Source of the DNA: Antedon mediterranea
Lineage: Eukaryota; Animalia; Echinodermata
Length of the DNA stretch: 64,000 nucleotides
Reading direction: 5' to 3'
Assembly: GCF_964355755.1 (NCBI RefSeq)
Contig: NC_092675.1
Location: 19,564,912-19,628,911 of the forward strand
In this document: in pieces, positions 29,304 through 39,766 of the stretch
How the letters are laid out: every line of letters starts with the position of its first letter
Numbering within the stretch: position 1 is the first letter of the stretch
Notes under the pieces: generated by a model
Seen by the model: the letters and a program-made list of their open reading frames with translations, nothing else
What the model was told of the DNA's origin: nothing
Databases searched by the model: none
Position numbers and translations under genes: made by a program

Positions 29304-29522
29304 AGTGATATTTATTTAATGAGAAAATTACTGAAAACTAATAAAATCTGAATTCCAATGTTCTAGGTTTGTTTTCATTGGTCCCATCACACAGCGGAGC
29401 CTAGAAAATCGCCTGAAAAACATTTATTTTTGAACGTCTCGAAAGCCGTTCTGCGCATGCGTATAATTCTTAGACGTGTTTTCCCATCATGCAAAGTTTT
29501 ATATAGGCCTATGTACAGTTGT

Positions 29523-30348
29523 TTTTTAGTCGCGTGGAAGCGACTCTATAGTTCACTATGTCGGTCGGTCGATCTGTCTGTCTGTCGGTCTGTCTGTCGG
29601 TCTGTCTGTCTGTCTGTCGGTCCGGTATCACTATGCGTTTTATCGCTTTCTGACCTTATCTTGATATCAGTTTAATCTAGCTAGGTCAATTTTTCACAGT
29701 ATATTCCTTATGGCCAGGAATCAATGTGGTTATGTTTTCACGGTGCGCAATAAAAAATTACGCGGTCTACGCACGATTTAACGAAATCACGTTTGTAATC
29801 ATATCTTCACAACCATGAATCACAATTAAATAACATTTGGTACTCATAAATTTCAGGGCATAAATCAACATATGGCAATACAATTACGTGCGTAGCGCAT
29901 GTAACGCATGCGTACGCGCGCTTAACATTTTCAAAATTTATTTTCGATGAAATAAGAGTACATTTCAGGCAATTTTAAGCGTTTACAAAATTGCCATGAG
30001 TGCGCATATTTTTGCGCGCGCACTGCGCGTTAAATGTTATTGCGCACTCTTTTTGCCCGATTTCTGTTTTCTTGACTTACTTTTCAACTCGAAATTACGT
30101 TATACGAGCACGTCGAAAGTGACAGGCTACGCACGTGTAAATTAAACAAAAATAAATGTTTTTAAACATTTCAACATTTTTAAACATGTTCAGTAATTTC
30201 GGTCAGTATAGTTCACTATGTCGGTCGGTCGGTCTCTCTGTCTGTCTGTCTGTCGGTCTGTCTATCGGTCTGTCGGTCTGTCGGTCTGTCTGTCGGTCCG
30301 GTATCACTATGCATTGTAGCACGCGACTTAATGGCTGTTGGCCTTGTT
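29523..30348 (+). mobile_element. HINE/DINE-1-like non-autonomous Helentron element
   Basis: 5' TTTTT-AGTCGCGTG with a nearby GCGACT inverted word. Two (TCTG/TCGG)n microsatellite blocks inside a direct repeat (~29546-29636 and ~30207-30312). 3' subterminal inverted repeat CACGCGACT followed by a short GGC..GCC hairpin and TTGTTT. Lies ~220 bp upstream of the KIF2A ATG. Confidence 0.75.
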
Positions 30349-31099
30349 TACTATAAAACAAGAATATTTCTTACAAAAAACGCTGCTCGCTTATTGTTAT
30401 TGCTAAAGTCAAGTCTGGGGGTCACTTCATCACGCCTAGATACTTCAAGTATCCTATTACAAACAAAAACTTCAATGTACTGTTTTGATAATAATTCAAT
30501 GATTATCTCACAGCGAATTATAGTAATATCATGGGACTCATAAATACCAGAAATGCTTTGGGATTTGTCTTTTCCCAGCCGTTTTTGGATTCAACAGGTG
30601 GTACCTATAAATTATAGTGGAGTTTCCATTTTAACAAAAATGTCAAAGTGTAGTACTATAAAGCTGCTTGATTTCATCTAATGAATGAGTCATCTCATGT
30701 GACGTAGCGGGCTAGAGCAGCAGCGTGAAAAATTAGTACCCTATATAATAGTATTCACACGTATTTTTTTTCAAAGTTGTTTGGGCCTACCGATCCACAT
30801 TGGATATTTGAAGCATTTGAGAACAAACTAAGCAATATACTGCTTCGACAGTATTTATTTTTCATTAAATTTATATTTGCTAACATTTGCTCAGATCATC
30901 CAAACAAAAGGAATATATGCTCGGTTGAGTTTGGTGGAGCAGGGTTAGGGTTAGGTTGGAATATATTATCGTGAGACTGACTGATTTTTTTTTCAATCAT
31001 AAAAAAACGAATATTAATCCATAACAGCCAGTACAAGGCTGCGGGCTACGTAGCTGCAGGTACAGGCTTTCTGGAAAATCAATTAGACTACTGATTCAA

Positions 31100-31167
31100 C
31101 CGGAAAGACACTGTCCTATTCTAAAAAGACTCTGTATATGAGTCAGAAGACAGAACAACGACGAAGG
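31100..31167 (+). other. Putative non-coding first exon of the secreted Cys-rich gene
   Basis: Strong donor GAAGG|gtaagt at 31168. The next strong acceptor, tattttcag at 32419, lies 6 nt before the ATG at 32426. The 5' end is a guess. Confidence 0.45.
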
Positions 31168-31799
31168 GTAAGTGCTAGTTTCATGTTTGTTTTAAAAGAA
31201 AATTATGTTATATTATAGAATTATTTTTTGCCTCTGTTATTGTTTAATTGAAAGTAGAAGTTACAACAATTGACACAAAAAATGTCATGCTCATTTTTTG
31301 TCTGTATTGAATCTGACCAGAAAAGTTTTTTTTATGTTCAAAACGTGATTGTTGTGTACGATCCTTATGTTAAAACACATAGGAACTCTCAAGTATTTTT
31401 CGAGATGTATTCGGCCGATTTTGTTCTAACTGATTAAACATACAGTGATGGTCACATGAACTAGTGGTCGTATTCACCATTCACACTGACTTAGGCTAGG
31501 GAAACACCACCCTTGACATTTAAACAAATTTCCTATCTAAGTGAATACAATTTAAGTGAAATACTTAAATACTTATTGAATTAAGTGAAATACTTAATAT
31601 TTAAGGAAAGTAGCTCACGTATTAGTGTGATTGGTGAATACGATTTTATTATAATTGACAAATAGGCCTATTAGAGGGCCTATCAATTACACTTACAATC
31701 TTTTTAATATCATGATCACTATTTATTAGTTGGTTGCTATGATAAACGAGTAAAGGTTGTAAATGCTGTAGGCCTACAACCTTTATCAAACCTTTATGA

Positions 31800-32200
31800 C
31801 CACCATAATATTTGTTCTGTGGTTGTTCATTTTTTTAAATCATTTCGAGTGATGTACTGTATGCCAGATCCTGATGGTTGTATAGTTAGAATTTCTCATC
31901 ATTATTGGTTGGCATTGTCACCATATCATTAATATTGTAAAAAAAAAAAAACACCATATAATCCTGTGGTTGTTCATTTTTTTTTTCTAATTTTTGCGAG
32001 TATGTTTTGAGTGATGTACTGTATGCCCGATCCTGATGGTTGTATAGTTAGCATTTCTCATCCGCATCATTGGTTGGTATTGTCACCATATCATTAATAT
32101 TATAAATTTAAAAAAAAACACCATATAGCCTAATACTGTGGTTGTTCAATTTTTTTCTAATTTTTGCGAGTGTGTTTCGAGATGTAAGCGCCCTCCTCGA
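31800..32200. repeat. Tandem duplication, ~150-165 bp x2.5
   Basis: caccata...ctgtggttgttcattttttt...gagtgatgtactgtatgcc.gatcctgatggttgtatagttag...tcattaatatt starts at ~31800, ~31952 and ~32119 (partial). Confidence 0.85.
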
Positions 32201-32425
32201 TTTTATATTGGCATGTCTCCATGTTTCATCATAGTTGGTTTGTCACTATCATTTGTCAGAGACCTAGTGCTACTGTTGTTTAATTTCTCATCCTACATGT
32301 CCATCAACATTGTCAATTAAACCATGGACCTCTAATTTATAGGTCCATGATTAAACAATGGAGGAAGTAAAGAAACTTCCTTGACATGATTGAACGATTT
32401 TGATTTGTTTTATTTTCAGAAAATA

Positions 32426-32815
32426 ATGTACGTGTTAAAGATAGTGCTGCTACTGGCATTTGCCGTAAAGCCGTCAACAGCATTTTTCTGTAGTGCTGGC
32501 AATTATTGGCAGATTTGTCAAGCTCCAAATATAGTGCAAGGCGATTACAATATCAAACGTATGAGATACATGATCAATATTCAAGATACCGAACCAGGCA
32601 ATAAATACGTGTGTTGCTTTGCCTACTGTTGCTACGATGATTCTGGATGCGGCATCCATTGGCCTTTTTTCTACCCAGTTTGTGGTGTATCGAGGCTAGC
32701 CATCACTTATTGTAATGCTTGGGAGAAGGATTACAAACCCAGTATCATGTGTTTCAGCAACTGGAACAGGCCTCCGGCTCTTTCTTGGGATTATGGGATC
32801 GACAAATATAATTAG
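32426..32815 (+). CDS. Small secreted cysteine-rich protein, 129 aa, family not recognised
   Basis: Single coding exon after acceptor tattttcag|. MYVLKIVLLLAFAVKPSTA is a textbook signal peptide. The mature region has 10 Cys (C-C-CC-CC-C-C-C-C) and many W/Y/F, and is more GC-rich than the flanks. Confidence 0.85.
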   Translation: MYVLKIVLLLAFAVKPSTAFFCSAGNYWQICQAPNIVQGDYNIKRMRYMINIQDTEPGNKYVCCFAYCCYDDSGCGIHWPFFYPVCGVSRLAITYCNAWEKDYKPSIMCFSNWNRPPALSWDYGIDKYN

Positions 32816-34595
32816 CATTATCAACTTATAAAAAAGGATGAAACATAACAAAAGCAGAACAAACTTTTAATGAAATTGTTTAACGATGTGTTTCCTGTTT
32901 TTAACTAACTACCACTTTAGAAAAACATCTGGTGCTGAACTGAATGTTTATTTTTGTCTTATTAGTTTGACTAAAGAACTTTTAATTTTTTTGATCTGAT
33001 GTCAGAGACTCAATTAGAGCCTATTGTCAAAATCTTGTAACCTCAGTTTCTGAACACATCCACCAGTTGATCTAGGTCTAGCGTTATGAGATTCAGCATT
33101 TATGATTATTGTACCCCGGTGGTACAGAGAAAACACTGCCCATCAATAATTGCATATTGCTTCACAAGACTCCAACTTTGTATAATCGTGATAATTGTGA
33201 AAACTAATCATGAAAACTTTGTGTATTGCATTCATGTATTAACAATTTTAAAAGATCAATAAATATCCAATTATTTCTTCTATCTCCATTGGCATTAGTT
33301 TTATTGTACAGTTTGCATGTTATGATTTTCTCATTTAAATTCTATCTAAATAAAACTTTTTTATCACATGTGATCTATGCAGATTTTGCATTCCAGATCG
33401 TGACCATGCCATGACGTTATTCTAAACGCTTCATATTACGCAATTCATCGTCATCTTGAGGGAACAAATCTTGTATTAAAATTTTTGTAAACAAGATGAC
33501 CGGCTAGCTCAGTCGACTGGCGTCGTGTTAACAACACGAATGTCGTTGTGGAATAGAGTTAAAGCTATGCGAGCTACTGTGTTTGGAGTTCACAGAATTA
33601 TACGTCCCTCTTTCCACCACATCATGAGGCGGTAACATCAATGTATCTGATGTCGTGGAAACGACCCCAGGGTGTGGTAGTGATGAAGCTGGGAAAGCAC
33701 ACCATAACATCTTTTTTTTCTGTGGCTTACGATCTTGTAAATTTTATGTTTAGCGCCCTCAATTTTAAGAACACCCGCGTTATAGTTTTTAAGTAGAGAA
33801 AGCCCCACTTTGATGTCGCATCTGGATATCAAAATTAATAATTAGGCTTTTTTGTGGCTCGCGCTGTTTGTATTTTATAATTTTGTTCTGTTGAATTACC
33901 GTCATGGCCGCATGAATTGCATGCATTTGTATTCCTCGCTGGCTCGTATTATGTATTATAATATAGTAGGTAGGCCTACTAAAGAAAGATAATTGATTGA
34001 AGAAAGAACAATAATTAAAACTGTTACGTTAAAACTCGAGCGGCGTTTTTGTAGAATTTCTTGTTTTACACTATTCTGTAAGTTGTCTCTATTCGCCCAT
34101 AGCAACCATTACCGCATCACTTTGCAACAGAACTGAATGATGGCGTCATAAATGAAAAAGCACCATCAAAACAGGAATTCAAGAGTTGAATCATGGAGAA
34201 ATAAGTTAATTACTTATTTCTCCATTATTCAACTTATAATACCAGGGTTCATTCAAACAGAAGAATTCACGCTTGAGGTAGTTTGGTCGATACCATTAAG
34301 GAGTTCAATATATTAGTGTATTTAAAATATTACATAACGTTCTCAAATTAATAGAATGTGATCAATATAATCAATAAAAACAAACCAACTGAAATCATGT
34401 GAGTTTTATTTCAATAATAATAACAAACAATATTATTTTATTTTAATTTTTCTACCAAAGACTTAGTCGAATAGTCACTGAGCATGCCCAACAATGCGGT
34501 AACGTAGGTTCGTCAATGATCATTTACTTATTGAGGAATATCGATACAGTATCATATAGTATCAGTTTAGACCGGGGATTTATTCAATTGAGACA

Positions 34596-36147
34596 ATGTC
34601 TTTTCATGACAATGATGCGTTTAGAGTTTTTTGCACATATGCTGGACTGACGACAGTTAAGATGATGTCATTATCTGTGTACACGATAATGTTACGAATG
34701 AAAAATGACGTAAGTAAACCTTTTTTACGCCTAAACGACAAAGAACGGTGAGCCAGGTCATAAACGTGCGTCCATTCTTTAAAAAAAATATCGGCGTGCT
34801 GCGCAATTATAGGCCTAGCTATATTAATCATTTTAACCAGTTACTTATATAGGCCTACCGTACTATACTAATATACTGTACTTATAGTATTAGACATGAT
34901 CTAGTAATGGATGAACTATATATTTTGTGTGCACTACAAGCCTCTTTCCTGTTATTATTGTCTTTTATACAATGGACCGATTATAAATATAAGTCAGGGT
35001 TAAATCGTTCCGGAAGGCCTGGAATACAAAACCGGTTATGCAAAATTAATTCCCTTGAACAAGCTCCCGGTATTTTGTTTACTCCAGTTGTAGACAGCTT
35101 AATTATTTTAAAAGGCAAAACATGCCATGCAATTTGTTTACTCTTGAATGCAGGTGTTTATGAATACTGAAGACAAACAATCAAAAGATTCAAAAGTTGG
35201 AATCAATATTAATGACTATATAGAAAGAGTACGACGGTGAGTTTACTAATCTATTTAAACTTTTGAAGGCTTTAGGCCTAATTAACACACAAAAAACACC
35301 GATAATAATTAGTAAGAAATTGAAATTGATTCATAATTACTACAGCAATGTTGTGATAATCGACGACGGTTATGACGATTGATATACATATCATTATACT
35401 AATAACCTTGTCATTGTCATATCTATTTCCAAATATTCTTATGATACTTCGGAAATATAGATTGGCACTTGGAATTGAACGATAAAAAGGCCTATACTTT
35501 TAGTATAGCATCGTCATCACGGTGTTACGCTACTTTTCGATATTGGTATCGTCGCTTCTAACAGTATAATATTGTTAAAGATGTATTGTCCCCCTGAAAA
35601 AATAGTATTAAAATTTGAATTGTTTTTTTAAAATACAGTATGCCATTTAATGTCACATAATAGTTTCCACTTTGACCAAAGATTAGATCAAAAACAAATT
35701 TATTTACCTGGAAAAACTGAATAATAGTCAAATTGGCTGTCAGCCAATAGATTTTTAGTTGAATTTAGTTTGTCATTTTATAAGTGAAAACATTTCATCG
35801 TCCCGTCCTCTATCAACTACATCGTCATTGTTTACATCAACGTAATCATTACTTTACATATTCAGCAATGGCGTTTATAATCATTTAATTATTTCATTTT
35901 TAGATGTCATCGAAATGACCTGGAGAACATTGTGCCGTTTCTCTCTTTAGGCTTTTTGTATGCCATCACTAACCCAAGTGTTTATTCAGCCACAATGTGC
36001 TACCGAATATTCTTCGCATCACGGATTCTTCACAGCATCGCCTACCTGACGCCCCTACCCCAGCCATCTAGGGCACTTTGTTTTATTGTTGGCTGGTTCG
36101 TTAATGCAACAATGGCTTGGGGCATTATTAGCTTTGGTATGTTTTAA
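34596..36147 (+). CDS. MGST1: Microsomal glutathione S-transferase 1-like (MAPEG family), paralog A, 146 aa
   Basis: Exons 34596-34709, 35154-35236, 35904-36147 (GT-AG, in frame). KMM, VFMNTED, ERVRRCHRNDLENIVPF, RILHSIAYLTPLPQPSRALCF. Confidence 0.93.
35576..35790. mobile_element. Partial copy of the TTAA-flanked MITE (family at 18853-19170)
   Basis: ttaaagatgtattgtccccctgaaaaa...ccactttgaccaaa...aaattggctgtcagccaatagatttt is the reverse complement of the 18853 element interior. Confidence 0.65.
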
Positions 36148-36932
36148 ACAGAGTTAATATTATGAAGAACAACATTGTTTGAAATATTAATATAGCACAT
36201 TAATTTAGATCCATGCAATAGCCTACATGCGAATATATGCGAATACAATGCAGATTGATTTATAGTGTGACCATTGTAAAAGTCGCATTTAGTTATAATT
36301 GTCATACTTTGTAATACAGTACCTGTCTCAATATGAATACCCGTTGCACTTTGTAAGAAAGTTTTTACTTTATAATAAATTGAGCGTTCGCACTCAAAGT
36401 GGTTGATAAACTAATTTTTGAATGCGATAATTCTTTACACTCATGCAATTAATGATTAAAACAAATTAGTGCTAGTACTATTTGTATGCGTATTTTGTGT
36501 TTGTTTATCAAATTATCGGAGGTGCAGACACGAACGAAGTAAAAATGCATAGTAGCGTTTTGACGTGTTACAAATCTTGAAAAGAACCCGTTTAAAATAA
36601 TAATATCCCACTTTTGTTAATGATAAATAAGAAAGAATCATTATGGAATGTGGTGTGACGCATTACGAAAAAAAATCAAGTTTCCACTCATTTGCCTTTA
36701 AAATATAATATATGATATTTTAACACAAAAAAGTCACATTCTATAGATTGAACAAAAAAATGGGAAACACTCAAATTCAATACATCTTTATCGTTTGAGG
36801 GGTAATTGAAAAAGTATAGAAGAAAATGGATTATAATAATATATATAATGCTATTTTATTGAACAAGAAGTCCGTAACACTCGACATCAGTCTAGTAGTA
36901 AGATGCACTTTAAATAACTTGGCCTATATAAT

Positions 36933-37115
36933 AGTTTGCGGTACACTACGTATCTTAGTTCTGAAATAAACTGTTGAGTTTCTCGACGTTTCGATCAATA
37001 TACTTAGATCGTCCTCAGGAGTGAGGAACTCAACAGTTCTTTTCAGAACTAAGATACGTGGTGTACCGCTAACTTTAAATCAACATTTGATTTCGCCATG
37101 CAAACCTTCAAACAA
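36933..37115 (-). mobile_element. Penelope-like short insertion: inverted terminal segment with a hammerhead, flanked by a TATATAATAGTT direct repeat
   Basis: ~47-bp inverted repeat (36933-36980 vs 37027-37074) enclosing a hammerhead. tatataatagtt occurs at ~36925 and ~37116. Confidence 0.7.
36982..37021 (-). ncRNA. Minimal type I hammerhead ribozyme
   Basis: Minus strand: CTC-CTGAGGA-C-GATC-taagtatatt-GATC-GAAA-CGTC-GAG. Cores intact, GUC cleavage triplet, stem I CUC/GAG, stem II GAUC/GAUC. Confidence 0.8.
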
Positions 37116-37275
37116 TATATAATAGTTGTTATCTAATATAGTCATTATTATTTAAATATGCCGAGATTGCGCTACCTAGGTATAACGTTCATTCAGGGAC
37201 TGCTATAGATTCTATACGTTTCGGGCTCGCTTTCAACAGGATTACATTTACTAAAGCTGATCTTGATAATTTAAG

Positions 37276-38981
37276 ATGTCTTCTTATGATGAAGATGTGT
37301 TCAGACTATTCTGCACATATGCAGCACTAACAATATTGAAGATGATGCTATTGTCTTTTTACACTGCAAGATTTCGATTTGCAAAGAATGTAAGTTTGTC
37401 AGAACAAGATCATCTGTAATTCTAGGCCTACTTTCAATATGGGTTATCACGTAGAGAAGACCAAGGTCCAAACGAACGTCATGCCATGCGACAACAAACA
37501 AGATACGGTACATAATTCATATCGTTATGCCTTGCTTATAGCAAACAAGATACCAAATTCTTATGCCGCTTTGTAACAATTGAAATAAAACTCTTACTTA
37601 TTTTCCCACTAGAGAAACCATACAATGACGTAACGCAACGTAAAGGATTTGACCATTCACAAGTGATGAATGATTCGAACTGTCGCTTGTCACGGTCAAC
37701 TCGCTTGCGTTGCGTCTACGTCCTTGCGTTGCATCTAAAAGCGTGGTTCCCACTAGAACGTAACGCAAGGACGTAAACGCAACGCAAGCGTTTTAACCAA
37801 TGACAAGCGAAGTTATAGACAGTTAGCAATCACAAGCGAATAAGCCATCGCTTGTGATTGGTCAATTCACTTGCGTTGCGTTACGTACTTGTGTTGCGTC
37901 TTCCTAGTGGGAACCAAACTTATGGATAAAACCATTGCAACGTAACCACTGAAAATCCAATACTTTAAAAAAAATGGAAGGTGGAACCTATAGATATGGA
38001 TGGCAGTCAATCTATTATCCGTCGGCTTTTAGACAAACTGACCATTGTGAAAAATCTCTGATACTTTGAAAAACACGCACCTTGTAAACGGCCCGAAGCG
38101 AATATAGTAGGCATATAGGTCTACTAAAAGCCTTTAAGGTAAACAAGAAAGATTCAATAGGTCTACATTAAGGCACAGTTTTTACAAGCAATATATCGGA
38201 TATTTCAGGAGAAAATTGGTCTAGATATTTTATGGACAATTGGTTTTAAAAGCACAACACTTAATTCCTATAGGCGTTTGCAAACCGTGAAGACAGAGTG
38301 AGTAAAGACTCAAAGATTGGGGTCAATGTTGATGAAGACGTAGAAAGAGTACGACGGTAAGTAATCTGTATCATCTTCAACGTCTTTGACACCACTATCT
38401 AGGTCACTATCTATGTTTTTCATAGTCACTGTCACCAAACTGCGCAGATCCGTCTTGAGGGGATAGCGAGCACTTTTGAAGAGTGATGGGGGCCATAAAA
38501 CCTCTCTTGATATGAGCTTTTGCCACCCAATCCTTTACTTACTCCGTTTTTTGTCAAAGTTTACTAAACAAAAGTGGTCGTTTTATGGAGGCATTTATAT
38601 TAAGGTGCAGGATATGATTCAGTCCCAATTATCGGTGCTATAACAATTTCTTGTATTGGCATACATTTATTTAAGCTTAATTTTCTTAATTACAACAAAA
38701 CAAAGAGGACCTATACATTATTTTTGTAATTTTTCAGATGCCATCTAAATGATCTAGAGAACATCGTGCCGTTTCTTACTTTAGGCTTTCTGTACACCCT
38801 CACCAACCCGAGTGTTTATGCAGCAACAATGCATTACCGAATATTCTTTGCATCACGTGTTCTTCACAGCATCTCCTACCTGACACCCATTCCTCAACCA
38901 TCTAGGGCACTTTGTTTTTTTGTCGGCTGGTTTGTTAATGCATCAATGGCTTGGACATTGATTAACTTTGGCATGTTTTAG
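37276..38981 (+). CDS. MGST1: Microsomal glutathione S-transferase 1-like (MAPEG family), paralog B, 146 aa
   Basis: Exons 37276-37389, 38274-38356, 38738-38981, the same exon sizes as paralog A. LKMMLLS, AFANRED, ERVRRCHLNDLENIVPF, LTPIPQPSRALCF. Confidence 0.93.
37603..37921. mobile_element. Two adjacent, oppositely oriented family-4-related MITEs
   Basis: Complete element 37741-37920 (GCGTGGTTCCCACTAG...CTAGTGGGAACCAAAC) preceded by a truncated inverted copy (ttcccactag...cttgcgttgcgtctacgtccttgcgttgcatcta). Confidence 0.75.
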
Positions 38982-39302
38982 ATAAGTAGGCCTACTGATA
39001 TACATCATAACGAAACCTACCAATAACCTGGATTCAAGTGTAACATTCAATAGGTTGTTGCTACAATTATAATTTTTTAAATTACGTATATTGACTACTT
39101 CAATGTTGTATTACGAATTGTATATTATTTGAATAAATGTCATTCTGTATGAAATGAAAGTGAAATAAATATAGGCCTACCAACCAAAATAGCACGTATT
39201 TAAATTGAAGTTTGATCCTAAATGTCACTAAGGGCTAATTATACATAACGATAATAGAGAAATGGTACAAAATAAAGATCATGTATTACTTCTACTTTCT
39301 GA

Positions 39303-39349
39303 AAGTACTCGTGAGGTTTAATTGCAAAGTACTCGTGAGGTTTAATTGC
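39303..39349. repeat. 24-bp direct duplication
   Basis: aaagtactcgtgaggtttaattgc x2. Confidence 0.85.
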
Positions 39350-39766
39350 TAAAATTTACATTTTGGAGGTAGAGCCTCATTTTATTACCCACACCTTGGG
39401 TAGATTATTGTACAGACTAAAAATTAGCGTTAAAGTTTGAATAAATTGTAACATAAGAAACAAAACTAAAATTAGAAAACTGTTCTCAAAACACTATGTT
39501 TCAGCTGTGTGTTTTTTAAAATTTTTTTTCAATTAAGATCATATTCTTTATGGTGAAATATTATTGCCAATTCCAATATATTCATATATCGACTGCTTTA
39601 TCCAAGATTTACTGGTGCACTTGGTTCTGTAATAAAAAAAAGTATTTTCTAAAAATACCAAATCATGTAACCATGAACTCTAAACCATTGAATTACCATG
39701 GATTATTCCGTCATGTTATTATTAAACTTACTTAGAAGAAATGATTAAAGCTATAATAATTACACT

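Noticed and set aside
29430-30543. ORFs with SVCLSVCRSV repeats
   Set aside because: Translations of the (TCTG/TCGG)n microsatellite in the HINE-like element.
33499-33530. tRNA-like start gaccggctagctcagtcg
   Set aside because: Only an A-box-like 5' segment; no anticodon or T arm follows. At most a SINE head remnant.
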